From IMG/VR virus record IMGVR_UViG_3300042934_000212: DNA of 64,000 nucleotides, one strand, 5' to 3'. Of the stretch, positions 11,527-23,320 are shown piece by piece. Position 1 is the stretch's first letter. Each line of letters begins with the position of its first letter. The notes beneath the pieces were generated by a model. It saw nothing but the letters and a program-made list of their open reading frames with translations. It was not told where the DNA came from and searched no databases. Position numbers and translations under genes: made by a program. Origin of the DNA: a virus. Its lineage: Duplodnaviria > Heunggongvirae > Uroviricota > Caudoviricetes.

Positions 11527-12222
11527 TTATAGACCGCGAAGAATGCTTGCGAACACCTGATTAACAGTTAGTTCTGCATTGTCACGAGCCTGTTCAAAGA
11601 TTGACTCTTTGTGTGCTGCGATAGTTGCGTTAACGTCTGCATCGCTGTGGAAGCGGCGAACGTTAGCTACTAGTGCCTGAACGCGAGCATCGTTTTCGAT
11701 TAGGTATGCAACCTTATCGTCGATTGCTGAAGTTAGTTCAGCGTCAGTTAGTTCGCTGATTACAGTATCTGCTGATACGGTACGTGCTGCTGAACGGTTA
11801 GTACCGAATACTGACTCAGATTCTGCTGATGTAGCAGTATCGCGACCACGTGAAGCAACCTGATCTAGTGCTGAAGTTAGAGTATCAAAAAGGTCATTGA
11901 TACGTGCTTCTGCTGAATCTTTACGACCAGTTGCAGCGGCACCAGCTTTCTTAGCAGAAGCAGTTACTGATTCAACAGCACCACCGAAAAGACCGGATAC
12001 TACACCGAAAAGACCAGATAGTGAACCTACACCTTCTTCAGACGCTTTTGCATCATCAAGAATCTCACCAAGATCAAGCTGTGCTTCTAGTGCTTCTTCT
12101 TGTGAATCGAAAGCAACTGCTAGAGTAGCTTTGGTGGTGATGATCTGTACTTCATCGCCTTCAACTACTGAAGCTACGAAATCTGCTGAATCAAATAGTA
12201 CGGTGTGGAATTGAACTTGCAT
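11527..12222 (-). CDS. Hypothetical Ala/Ser-rich protein, probably highly expressed
   Basis: 231-aa ORF, GAGG RBS, biased codon usage, followed by a terminator hairpin. Confidence 0.75.
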   Translation of the reverse strand: MQVQFHTVLFDSADFVASVVEGDEVQIITTKATLAVAFDSQEEALEAQLDLGEILDDAKASEEGVGSLSGLFGVVSGLFGGAVESVTASAKKAGAAATGRKDSAEARINDLFDTLTSALDQVASRGRDTATSAESESVFGTNRSAARTVSADTVISELTDAELTSAIDDKVAYLIENDARVQALVANVRRFHSDADVNATIAAHKESIFEQARDNAELTVNQVFASILRGL

Positions 12223-12291
12223 GTAATACCTCTATTAGTTAATTTATGATTGCTTCTTTGTTACATTAGTTTGTACTCATTGAGTACCTTG

Positions 12292-12364
12292 TGGAGCTAA
12301 ACGGGTTCGAACCGTTGACCTTCTACGTGCAAAGCAGACGCTCTCCCAACTGAGCTATAGCCCC
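12292..12364 (-). tRNA. tRNA-Ala(UGC)
   Basis: GGGGCTATAGCTCAG...TTTGCAC...; G3:U70; genomic 3' tail CAA. Confidence 0.95.
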
Positions 12365-12442
12365 TTATCACGTCCTAACTTATACCGAGTCGGCTTTCGG
12401 GCAGACGTGATACACCCCGAAGCACATTGGCTTTGTATAAGC

Positions 12443-12519
12443 TGGATGCGGGAGAGGGATTTGAACCCCCGACCTCAAGGTTATGAGCCTTGCGAGCTAC
12501 CTAACTGCTCCATCCCGCA
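12443..12519 (-). tRNA. tRNA-Met(CAU), initiator-like body
   Basis: TGCGGGATGGAGCAGTTAGGTAGCTCG...CTCATAA...CCA. Confidence 0.9.
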
Positions 12520-12534
12520 TTCGTTTATGTGATT

Positions 12535-12563
12535 ATTATACCACACTTTTTTAATTCGTTTCA
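12535..12563 (-). promoter_or_regulatory. Phage promoter TGAAAC-N17-TATAAT (extended -10)
   Basis: One of 8 copies with identical spacing. Confidence 0.7.
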
Positions 12564-12620
12564 TTTATTTTTAAATTTTATTTTTCAAACTTAAATTTAA
12601 ATGTCTTACTGAATGCCTAT

Positions 12621-12649
12621 ATTATACCACAAAAATTTCTTCTGTTTCA
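12621..12649 (-). promoter_or_regulatory. Phage promoter TGAAAC-N17-TATAAT
   Basis: TGAAACAGAAGAAATTTTTGTGGTATAAT. Confidence 0.7.
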
Positions 12650-13106
12650 CTTTTATTTGTTAGAGAGCAAAATAAAAGCCTAAAGCTGGTGCCAAAATAA
12701 ACAGCAATGCCATACCAGTATAAAAGAAGATATTGAACTTAATGTCATCTTTCTTAGTACCGTACTGTGGTTGGGTCAAGCCGAAATTCACGGTGAAAAT
12801 TAATCCCGCCATCCAGCAGATAATCATAAACACAACAGCGACCGCAATCATATGTAACTCCCTTAATTGAGTTTGTTAAGGATAAGTTCTTCTGCTTTTT
12901 TATAACTTATTCCGCTGATAGAAGCCAGGTGTAATTCTTGAGTTACAAGTTTGCAGCACTTAGGGCATTCGGCAGTGTAATTGATTTGGCTATTACCATT
13001 AGGCTCACCCCACCAGTTTAAACGCTGGTATACATTCAATGACAGTACTTCGAACTTATGCCGACAAAAAAGATATTGCAGTTTTTTGAACATAAAATGT
13101 CCTTAT

Positions 13107-13182
13107 TGGTGGTCAGTACTGGATTTGAACCAGTGACTTCTACATTATGAGTGTAGCGTTCTACCAACTGAACTAACTGACC
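13107..13182 (-). tRNA. tRNA-CAU (Met or Ile2)
   Basis: Cloverleaf, CTACA-CTCATAA-TGTAG, CCA end. Confidence 0.9.
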
Positions 13183-13843
13183 TTAATTTTTATATTTTTG
13201 TATGTTGTGTGCTAGTGCGTGAATGTCGAACCGTGCACGTTGTAGTGCAGACACTGCTGAGTCCTGATAGCTATTAGTTGTCGCCTGTACATTCTTTTCA
13301 ACTGTAATATACTGTTGAAGTTCCAGTTGAATGTTCAAAAGCTGTTCTTCAATTTCAATCAAACGCTGTGCTGTGATCATGATTTATCTCTATTAAAAAG
13401 ACCACTCCTATAGTGGTCAGGACAGGAGCAGTATCACACGAAAGCTCACTCCTGTCAACACTTTACATATCTTTTACTGCACGTTTTAAAATATAGTTAA
13501 ACCGTGCCAAGTCATAGATATTCAAGTCAAACAATTGTTCATCAAGAATAGTCAAGTACTCGTAAATCTCTGGCTTATCACCTTCATTTTCTACATCAGT
13601 ATTAATCAATAGACCGAAGTCAACAATGCAAAGTAGTAGTGATAGATCACCATCATCATCAAAGTAACCTACTCTGACTAATGGTACTGGTGCTGTTTCA
13701 TCAAGCTCCATTAGATAAGTCACACCATTGTAATCAAGTGTGTGATCATCATAACGTAGAAAGTGATTGTAGTTCTGATCAAAGAACTGAGCTACTTCAC
13801 GAAGTGAATTGAATTGGTGCATAGTGTTTCCTTGTGTTAAATA

Positions 13844-13919
13844 TGGAGCAGGGAATCGGATTCGAACCGATGTATAATGGATTTGCAATCCACCCCCTCA
13901 ACCTCTCAGGCATCCCCGC
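13844..13919 (-). tRNA. tRNA-Cys(GCA)
   Basis: GTGGA-TTGCAAA-TCCAT, U73, CCA. Confidence 0.9.
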
Positions 13920-14523
13920 TTAAATCTTCTTTGAATTTGAAATATACTCGCCACTTATTTGCACTTTTTTCATTACTTGCTATCAAGTGACCCATAGATT
14001 CAATAAGTTTTTTCATTTCAATTACCTTTAGACATTCTTCCAATTCTAGAATATTATCAGTAACTGTCATCATTTGGAAATGTTCTTCTTCTGATGATGG
14101 TATATTCTTATATTCCATTTTTAAATTAGTTTTAATAACGTCTTGTACTTCTTGATTGAACATATTACCCATTCCACTTTTTGATGGAACGGTAACCATT
14201 ACTCGGCCTTGATATATCCATGTGTCGTCAGGTTCAACGCTTACCATATTGAACACATCACCATCTATCTTACAAACCAGTATTTTCTGTTCAAACGGTT
14301 GCATGTAAGTTTGTGGATTGTAGAAATCTGTAGTGCGGTTTTCTATTTCAGCCTTTACGTTCATAAAGAACTCAAAGGTTCCTAGTGTGATGTTATGACG
14401 TATTTCTGATGTGTCATATGAATAAACTAATTCGTCAAACGTTTGTCTCACATCAAGTTTAAATTTACCAATATTGTTATAAAAATGATTGATAATACTG
14501 GTTCTACTTTCTAAAGCATCCAT
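13906..14523 (-). CDS. Hypothetical protein, 'FQQxTV' paralog family
   Basis: SEEEHFQMMTVTD motif. Confidence 0.65.
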   Translation of the reverse strand: MDALESRTSIINHFYNNIGKFKLDVRQTFDELVYSYDTSEIRHNITLGTFEFFMNVKAEIENRTTDFYNPQTYMQPFEQKILVCKIDGDVFNMVSVEPDDTWIYQGRVMVTVPSKSGMGNMFNQEVQDVIKTNLKMEYKNIPSSEEEHFQMMTVTDNILELEECLKVIEMKKLIESMGHLIASNEKSANKWRVYFKFKEDLSGDA

Positions 14524-15008
14524 TGGTTATGTATGTCCTGTAAAATATTCCGCTTAATTTTTTGTATATTCAAAGTACTTTCAAAAGATAGAACATCATC
14601 TTTTACAGTACATTGCTGAAACCACATATCTTCAGTGTTGAAGTAACTAAACTTAGTGTAAACTTCATCGGGTATATCTACTGCACTGTAATTATAACTT
14701 AAGTACTGAAGCTCAGCCATACTCATTGTATTAACCAATTCACGCATTTTATCAGAATGCATTCTCTTCAATTCCTTATTGAATTCTTCAGCTATAATAT
14801 CTTTTATCTCAATGAATTCATCATGAATAAAAAGAACCATATCTTTATTGGAATTGTATATCTTAATACTGGTTGAATTTTTCGTTTGTGATTCATTCAT
14901 ATCAGGATATAGAGTGTAGCTGTATGGTGAATCAGCTTGGCCTATTTTATCGGAAATCAATTCAAGGACAGCTTCTGTCATTTCGAAGGTATTAGTTATT
15001 GTTTTCAT
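14511..15008 (-). CDS. Hypothetical protein, 'FQQxTV' paralog family
   Basis: TEDMWFQQCTVKD motif. Confidence 0.65.
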   Translation of the reverse strand: MKTITNTFEMTEAVLELISDKIGQADSPYSYTLYPDMNESQTKNSTSIKIYNSNKDMVLFIHDEFIEIKDIIAEEFNKELKRMHSDKMRELVNTMSMAELQYLSYNYSAVDIPDEVYTKFSYFNTEDMWFQQCTVKDDVLSFESTLNIQKIKRNILQDIHNQWML

Positions 15009-15352
15009 ATCAGAGGTAATAAAATAGGGAGCATGTGCTCCCTTATTTTTTAGTTAGATTGGTTAGGATCTTGAACAACATCGGTTGGTACTGGTGCAGG
15101 ATCTGCAACAGGGGCATCAACACTTGCTGGTGCATCTGTACTTACATCATCTTCACTTGCTGGAATGCCAACGTCTAGTTGACTGTTCTCAGGTTCTTTA
15201 GTGAAAGCCGCAAATATAGATTTGATAATAGACCAAATTTTACTTAAAATAATCATAAGTACTCCTTAATATGCACAACTGTTTGTGCTAATTATTTAAG
15301 GATGGAATACTTATAACGATGTAAACAAATACTTCTATTTGTAAAAGTTGTA

Positions 15353-15709
15353 TTACGGTGATTCAGTTTTAGGTAACTGCGATTTCGGTAGACAACTAAT
15401 AGAAGAATCCCACGTTTTAGTATTGATTACAACCCAGCATGAAGCATCAGGATAATTCACACGCTTAATGCTCTGATAGTTATCAGTGGTAGTACTTTTA
15501 GAAATTACAAGATTATTTGGTGCAATTTCTTCATCAATAACTGGTTTGTCTTCCTTCTTTGGTGGAGCATCAGTCTGTCCAGCTTGTGCTTCTACTGAAC
15601 TTTCCTGTTGAGCCTGAGTCGATGGTGCCGGAGCTTTTTCAGCTTCAGCCGGAAAAGGTTTACATGCACCAAGCAAAAAAATTGCAGCAATAAGAAATGC
15701 GTTTTTCAT
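15353..15709 (-). CDS. Putative lipoprotein
   Basis: Signal peptide with lipobox LGAC. Confidence 0.7.
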   Translation of the reverse strand: MKNAFLIAAIFLLGACKPFPAEAEKAPAPSTQAQQESSVEAQAGQTDAPPKKEDKPVIDEEIAPNNLVISKSTTTDNYQSIKRVNYPDASCWVVINTKTWDSSISCLPKSQLPKTESP

Positions 15710-16560
15710 TATTAATCCTTTACTTCAATAAGTTTAAGTTCAGGAACAACAAAATCTTCTTCAAGGAAGTATAATTTAATTGTTTCAGCTACACGACAAA
15801 AACCAGAGTCATATTCCACCGGATAACCAAGTACGGTTTCATGTAGGAAATACACTACTTCATATTTGTCCACATCATCTGCAAGCAAATCAAAATTAAA
15901 AAGTTTAAGTACTTCTTCATTTGATTCGAAATCTTCAGTAACGATTTCAACGATACGTTCTACTGCGGTATCAGTAATATCACCATTACCAAAGTACTTT
16001 CCACGTCCACCATTATGACGGGATTTGAAAAGTTTAGCAACCGCAACAAGGAACTTTCCTTGAATTTCGGTTAGTCCGTGGTGAACGATGGTACGGTAAT
16101 GATCACCATCGTTCTCCCAGGATGTTACTGATACTGAATAACCTTTTGGAATTGTACTACCAGTTTCAACTAGCATTATCTACCTGTATATGTTCAATGA
16201 AGTTGACGAGATAAATGTATTTCTCGTCATTGTAGGTTGTACCAAAAGACGCTTTGATAATCTGAATATTGTTCTCAATACAGAAATCTTCAAACAATTC
16301 ACGGTTATCAAATGATTTGAAAACCCGTTTTGTAGCTGCACCATGTTCTTTATTGAACTGTTCAACTACCACGATTTCTTTTGTCATCTTTGCGTTCCTC
16401 TCGACCTTTCTGGCGACGTTTCGCCTCGCTGATACGGATGTGATTTATTGCATCTTCTAGGGAATTATACTTACTAATTGTAGACATGTCAACAGTTTTA
16501 AGTACTTTATTATCACCCATACAAGCATGAATACCCTTACAACCACATCGTGGACAACCG

Positions 16561-17908
16561 TTATTTAAGTTTGGTTTTTTCATAACCCTCCAGTTGTTCA
16601 AGGATATTCATATCTTTAATAGCACCTTCTACTAATGAATAAACTACTGCACTATTACTTTCATCATAAATGATTTTACCATCTTTGGTAATGCAGTATC
16701 CCCAATCATCATTTTGGTTGCGTTCGCGAGATAAACCATATGGGCTTTTAGGCTTAGTACCTTCTGGATTAACAGTCTTTACATATACCCAAGCCGCAAT
16801 TCGTTTGTTCATAGTATAAACAATGCATACACAAACGAACAGAATAGAACAGCAAACTAATAAAGTGTTCATCACTATACCTTAGTTAAACGATAACCTT
16901 CAATTGTCTCGTATTGGTTAATCACACTGACCGCAGTTTCCATGTACTTATAAACATCATATGCTTCAGTACCGTACATTTTAAGTATACCACCATCTTT
17001 CGTGATAGCATATCCTTTTTGGCCTTGTACATCTTTTGCACGTACTACACCATATGGACTTTTTGGTAAAGAATCATTTTGTACAGCAGCGACCGTCATT
17101 TCATATACATTAGCTGTTATCTTTTTAACATTGCTATATGTTTTAGCTACGATCCAGACGATTATTGTAACGCAAATCATTGCGATTGACACATCACTCA
17201 CTTTGAGCACCTATAGTTGTTATTTCATAACCTTCAAGTTTTTCATACACGTTTATAACCGCCATTGCATCCGTGATATTAGTATATACCGGAGCCGATG
17301 AATACTTACTTGAACGATGAATTTCGCCATGTTTGGTTACACAGTATCCCCAATTGTTTTTACTTGAGATAGTATGAATTACACCGTAAGGGCTTTTTGG
17401 TTTTGGCTTTGGTGGTTTAGGTGGTTCAAATTCACCAGTAACCATCCTGCTATATAGCATGGCAGCAATCGTTTTAGTACTATGATGCATAACACAAGCA
17501 CTGATAGCAATAACAGCAGTACAGAACATTACAATTTGAATATCAGTCATGATAAACTCACAGTTTAGTTTGCTTGTATCCACCGATCTTTTCAAGCTCG
17601 TTCATGGATTTTAATGCTGAATTAAGAGTATAGAAGCGTTCGGCATCTACCCGCGACGAACCTTTCATTATATTATAGTAATCGCTACTACTATAAGAGC
17701 TATATTCACGCTTAATCGTATATGGACTAGATTTTAGACCAGCATCATCTACTACATCAGGTTTAACCAACTTCAAATACATGTCTGCCGAGATTTTCTT
17801 ATTAGCAATGAATACTAATGAAGATGCAACCACTAATGCTAAAACAACAATCAAAAGAATAATTTGAGTAATCATTATGCTTTTCCGTTTAGTACTGAAC
17901 AGTACCAC
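16561..17908 (-). repeat. Four tandem paralogous membrane-anchored genes (16561-16875, 16875-17210, 17194-17595, 17558-17908)
   Basis: Shared N-terminal TM, (P)KSPY(G) and C-terminal E(K/Q/T)(L/I)(E/G)GY motifs. Confidence 0.75.
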
Positions 17909-18176
17909 TGTAATAGGTCAAGATATGCTTGTTCGGTTGCAGTACGTTCTTTGATTGAACGCATCCAACGCATATCGTCAATAATCCATTGTTCTGGTTT
18001 CATTCGTCATCCTTAATCGGTGAATCGAGATCGACTTCAACACCTTTAGTTAATTCTTTAATTTCATTCCATAAACTAACTGGAACCGAATGAATGTTGA
18101 TACCATTATCAATTTCTCTGGCAATCAAATCCAACTGAATGTTTTCAGGGAGAGACATATACTTCCTTTTTATTTG

Positions 18177-18249
18177 TACCGCGTATTGGACTCGAACCAA
18201 TGACAAAGCGATTAAGAGTCGCCTACTCTACCAACTGAGTTAACACGGC
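18177..18249 (-). tRNA. tRNA-Lys(CUU)
   Basis: GGCGA-CTCTTAA-TCGCT; tail CAA. Confidence 0.9.
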
Positions 18250-18258
18250 AAGTGTTAG

Positions 18259-18331
18259 TACCCCGTACAGGGTTTGAACCTGTGACACTCCGATTAAAAG
18301 TCGGATGCTCTACCAACTGAGCTAACGAGGC
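18259..18331 (-). tRNA. tRNA-Lys(UUU)
   Basis: TCCGA-CTTTTAA-TCGGA; tail CTA. Confidence 0.92.
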
Positions 18332-19311
18332 ATAGTACTTTTTAAAGTACAATTTATTTTAAAGACCAGTAGAACTTATCGTTCTAGTTCTAGGTTTACT
18401 TAATTTCTTTCCACAATCCTTACACAACTTAGTATAAATCAAATCAGTACTGTCAGTATTGTAATGGATTTTACAAACTTCAATAGTGATATAATGACCG
18501 CAAAACAGTTGCTTGAAGAATTTCATAATTAAGGTTCTAGTATATCCGTCAATTCATCTGGATATACACTATGACATGCAATCAGACCGTGAATATGTTC
18601 ACCGTTCTCTGGATCGGTTAAGTTACCATTGAACAGTTGATATTCTTCGTCCATCTCTGCACCAGAAATATCTTTCACTTCGAAACCTGCCATCTTAGCA
18701 AGTTGCTCGATTTGCTTTCTGTTTAGTACCATTGCTTACTTCCTTGAAAGTAGGGTACTTAAGTACCCTTTTAGTTTTTATTCTTGTGCTTCTTCAGCTT
18801 TACCATTAACCATACTGTTAATAATATCGCGAACTGACATGCCCTGATAGCGGGTTTTACCTGCGTACACATCGTGCGTTACATAATTAACTGGATTGCC
18901 TTCGGAATCAACCCACACAAGAGGTGTTGGAACTAAGCGTAAACCTTGTTTGATAATGTAGTTAAACATTTGGCTGTCGCTGAGTTCATCATCATTGCCA
19001 GTTGGTACAAACTTCTTAGCAAGGAAAATCTTATCAGTTTCAGCACTTTTAAAGTACACCTGGTAAGTAATTTGACCTTCAGCATTTTTCTCAATACATA
19101 CAGTATTGGTAATGACGTTTGAACCCTGCTCATTAGCTTCTTCTTTAGAGTCGGAAACAACCTTGATTGTGAATTCTTCACGACGCTGCTCAAGAGGCCA
19201 GATTTTTACAAAGTTTAAAGTACTTTTAATTTTTACAGACATTACAGCATTCCTATACGGTTATCATTGCGTGAATGTTACCAGTTCACGTACTATCTGT
19301 CAAGCAATTTG

Positions 19312-19388
19312 TGGTGGGGCCAGCGGGAGTCGAACCCGCGACCTGTGGATTTTCAATCCACCGCTCTAACCAACTGAGCTACAGCCCC
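19312..19388 (-). tRNA. tRNA-Phe(GAA)
   Basis: GTGGA-TTGAAAA-TCCAC; CCA. Confidence 0.95.
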
Positions 19389-19391
19389 TAA

Positions 19392-19637
19392 TTATTGTTG
19401 TAATTCTTTTACTTTTTCTACAAAGCGTAAGAATTTGGTTATGTAATCTGGATGTATATCTTTATGACGTTTGGGGATACTTAGGTTTTCAAATATACCT
19501 TCATAACTAAACACATAATGACTTGAAGCGTTATTAACGCACGGTACTCCAAATTTATCTGCAACTGTCAGCAGGTGCCGCATTGACCAGTTACGTTTGT
19601 TTTGACGCATTTTACTGAGGATCTTTTCTGCACTCAT
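19392..19637 (-). CDS. HicA-family (dsRBD-fold) toxin-like protein, no adjacent HicB
   Basis: NWSMRHLLTVADKFG...ASSHYVF...LSIP...IHPDYITKFL matches the HicA (G/S)SH pattern. Confidence 0.7.
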   Translation of the reverse strand: MSAEKILSKMRQNKRNWSMRHLLTVADKFGVPCVNNASSHYVFSYEGIFENLSIPKRHKDIHPDYITKFLRFVEKVKELQQ

Positions 19638-19846
19638 TATTTTGTTCCCTTAGATTTAGGGAACAAAACATGTTCCCATTAATTGAATAAAACAATTCCG
19701 TATATTGATTGGAATTCAGTTGTAGTTAGAATTTTGTAGTTCATTTTAATTTTCTCTCAACTATTATTAATGTTGGCTCTATTATATAGATATGAAAATT
19801 TATTTTGAATTACATAGTTATTCTTAACCTTATATTAAAATTTAAT

Positions 19847-19925
19847 TGGTGTGGCTGGCGGGATTCGAACCCGCGTCATCTGCGTCACAGGCAGGAACGT
19901 TAAACCAACTACGCTCACAGCCACC
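19847..19925 (-). tRNA. tRNA-His(GUG)
   Basis: G-1 then GTGGCTG/CAGCCAC acceptor; CTGTGAC loop; CCA. Confidence 0.85.
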
Positions 19926-20656
19926 ACTGATTTATTGTTGTTTAGACATATAGATATTAATGCTAAATTGTATGGATTTAATTAATTCGATTTCACGGTT
20001 ATTATAACCTTGTTCAATTAATTGATCTTCGAAATCAAGGTCTAACGGATTCATTTGCCTAGCATGACCAGTGATTCCATTAACACTGAAAAATGTTTTA
20101 TTTGACATTCTTATTACTGTTGCTCTCTGATGTTCATCACATACTTGATTTAATGTGAATAATGGAGAGAACATTCCAGTGGTTGGATCAATTACCGTAT
20201 GTATTTCTAACGTTACACGATAATTATCTTTAATATACTTATGTTCATGTGTAAATGAAAAATCAACGCTATGTTGTAAATCGTTAACAAACATTGATTG
20301 TGCTAATTCAAATACATTATCTTTAAACATTTTTCTTAGCCTTATGCTTTTCAATACTACGTTGAATTTCGTTGTAGTACATAACCTTACCGCGTGGGGC
20401 ACTATCTGTATTGTGTCTAGTTCTAGCACTATTAGTATGCTGATTACCAGCACCTAACTTATCACACCACCGCATCATTTCACGACATATCCATCCAATG
20501 TCTGAACGAAGATAACATGCCATTTCATCACTAAAGATACCGTTAACAAACAAACGACAATGCCATCTGTTATTAATTTTAGTTACTTTAATATCAGTTT
20601 CTGATTCAGTACTAAGTAACATCTGTCTATTACGTTTCATTATTAACCTTTTATAT

Positions 20657-20734
20657 TGGTCGGGATGGTTGGACTCGAACCAACGACTTCATCGTCCCAA
20701 ACGATGCACTCTAAACCAACTGAGCTACACCCCG
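20657..20734 (-). tRNA. tRNA-Pro(UGG)
   Basis: CGGGGTG acceptor; CATCG-TTTGGGA-CGATG; CCA. Confidence 0.93.
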
Positions 20735-20739
20735 ATCTG

Positions 20740-20813
20740 TCCGTGTGGCAGGATTTGAACCTGCGACCCCTCCGCCCCAAACGGAGTACTCTACCAAACT
20801 GAGCCACACACGG
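20740..20813 (-). tRNA. tRNA-Pro(UGG), second copy
   Basis: CTCCG-TTTGGGG-CGGAG; no genomic CCA. Confidence 0.9.
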
Positions 20814-20832
20814 TTTTATTTCTTATGGTATT

Positions 20833-20861
20833 ATTATACCATATTTGTTTGAACTGTTTCA
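20833..20861 (-). promoter_or_regulatory. Phage promoter TGAAAC-N17-TATAAT
   Basis: Directly upstream of the tRNA-Pro pair. Confidence 0.65.
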
Positions 20862-22523
20862 TATTTCTCTCTGAAATATATGCGGTGCAGGTCACGCATT
20901 GTTTGATACATATTAGTACTTAAATCATATGTATCAGTCATTGTTTGAATCTGAAATAATCTAGCTTCAAACTCATCGATATTTTTTATTTCTGAACTAT
21001 GTAGAACATCATCTTCATCATATATCGAAACACCCAAAGAATCATCGAGTAGATCATATGAAAAATTGAAGATAGTAGTGTTGTTACCTTTAATTACAAT
21101 GATGCTAAAAATAATCATTCCTTGTTCTTGATACTTTTCTATATCATATAAGAACGATATGTCAGTACCATCAATTGCAGATTTATTTCCTGACCAATTG
21201 CAGTATGCTCTTAGTGAACAAATGTCAAATATCTTCATTGTGATATATTTTCCCTAGTATTGAGATTAGTTTATTACAATTCTCAATAGTTTCATATGGT
21301 ATATCGTAGAAGTTCTGAACAGTACTTTGTTGGAAGAATTCTTCCTCAGTAATGTTCAATGGTATTCTTACGTCGAATCCAGGTCGCATGTACCAGATTA
21401 ATTTCTTACACACCTTAATAGTAGTATCATGAAGCTCACCTTCGGTATAAGGTATTAAGTCAAACAAACTGACATATTCATCACACTCATCAAAGTTCTG
21501 ATTAGTTAATGCTATAATATAGTTGTTAATATTGAAAAACTTTAAATCGAAATGAGTTAAGTTATCAACATTCTCAAGGAACTGTGTCACCTTATCAATC
21601 GTTTGATGAATAGTCAATTTCATATTCTGCCTTATAGTAGGTATCGTCGTCATAGTCTAATGTAAAACATATCTGATAAAGACCTTCTTCAAGGTCAAGT
21701 GAATGTGTTATATCATGACAACAGTCTTGTTTTTCATTGAAATTTCTATATTCCTTCATTCCAGTAGTTGTGTAACAGAAGTTCTGTACAAGATGTAATA
21801 CATCTTTTCTAAAGAAAGCTATCTCATACAACATATCATCTGAGAAAAAAGCAACACTGCTGAAGTTTTCAGGTAATTCAATTTCTTGATTATTCGGTAA
21901 TAAAATTTTCATAATAAAAAAGGAGAGTACACCTTACGGCATCTCTCCTAGTATAAATTCATAGATTTCTTTAAGTACAAGTATTTCTTCTAGAGTTAAG
22001 TCTAGGAAATCATGTACAGTACTTTGCTGGAAGTATGATTCTTCTGAGTGTACTTTATCTATGTTACGGCGAGATCCGTTGTAAAATAAATTTCTACAAT
22101 TGAAGCTAAAGCCAGTACCATCGACACTACAGTATTTTATGAAATAATCATATGTCACATATCCCCATACACTGGCTGAACCTTCGTATTTGAATCGGTG
22201 AATTACTTCTTTCACTACTTTCCATTGGTCTTCGGAAAGATGAACTGCTTTAAATTCTATGGGTTCATCTTTCCAACTTTCATTATGCATTTTCTTTTTC
22301 GGTAGCAATCATCTCAAGATGTTTGCGAATCCAACGCATAAAGAAGGTGGCTTTATCTTCGTTTTTAAATTCTGCGTTACCAGTATCAGCTACGGGAACG
22401 GGGAACATAAAGCCACATTCGGTAGTGTACCATAACTCATTTTCTTTATAATGGCTAAATTTGACATGCTTGTCTTTAACCATAGTTAGTAGTTTACTCA
22501 TTTCTTTAATCCTTTAGATTTTG

Positions 22524-22599
22524 TGTTCGTGATAGGGATCGAACCTATAACCTCTCGCTTCGTAGGCGAACGCTCTAATTCCAATTGAGCTACACAAAC
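22524..22599 (-). tRNA. tRNA-Arg(ACG)
   Basis: TTCGC-CTACGAA-GCGAG; tail CAA. Confidence 0.9.
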
Positions 22600-23248
22600 G
22601 GTTTTATTCTTAATGGGTGTACTTTCGTACTCAATATCTTAATGTACTGCACTGTCACGTACAGCAGTGTTATGCACTATTCACATCGTCAACCTTCACG
22701 GTGCACTGAGGCGATGTGATAGGATTTGATTACTTATTTAGTCTCAAAAATATCAGTACTAATCAAATTACATTGATGGGTCATTAGACCAAAATCGCCA
22801 TAATCTTTACATACATTCTTTTTGATTTCTTTTTTAACTAGTGTATTTAGATGTTCTTCTGAAATATCTGATTCCAGTACAACAGTATCTTTACGTGAAC
22901 TGTCTCCATCATAACCATACCAATCATGTTCAAATACTAATATAGCTTTATGCATTTGGATTACCACACATCAAACCAACACTTTGTTCTAAACGTGCGG
23001 CATCTTCAGCATCCCATTCGGGATAAGTTTCTTTATGTCGCCAAGTCATTTTATGAATAATTTCATCTTCAGTCCATAATCCACCTTTATACTTACGGCG
23101 GCCACGACCACGAGAACTCATTAGTATGCTTTTCTTTACCATATTACGATAACGGTGATTGTTTTGAACATGTTCACCTGATGATGCCATTACAGCATCA
23201 AAGATACGCTTCTTAGCTTTCTTGTTCATAAGTTTCCTTATTAGTTTG

Positions 23249-23320
23249 CGGAGCTAGAGGTAGTCGAAACCTCGTTACCTCCGTGACAGGGAGGCGTCCT
23301 AACCGCTAGACGATAGCTCC
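23249..23320 (-). tRNA. tRNA-Asp(GUC)
   Basis: CCTCC-CTGTCAC-GGAGG; G73; tail CAA. Confidence 0.9.

Noticed and set aside
22610-22720. Hairpin-rich spacer upstream of tRNA-Arg(ACG)
   Set aside because: Two or three stems only, with no motif shared with other elements; insufficient to call.
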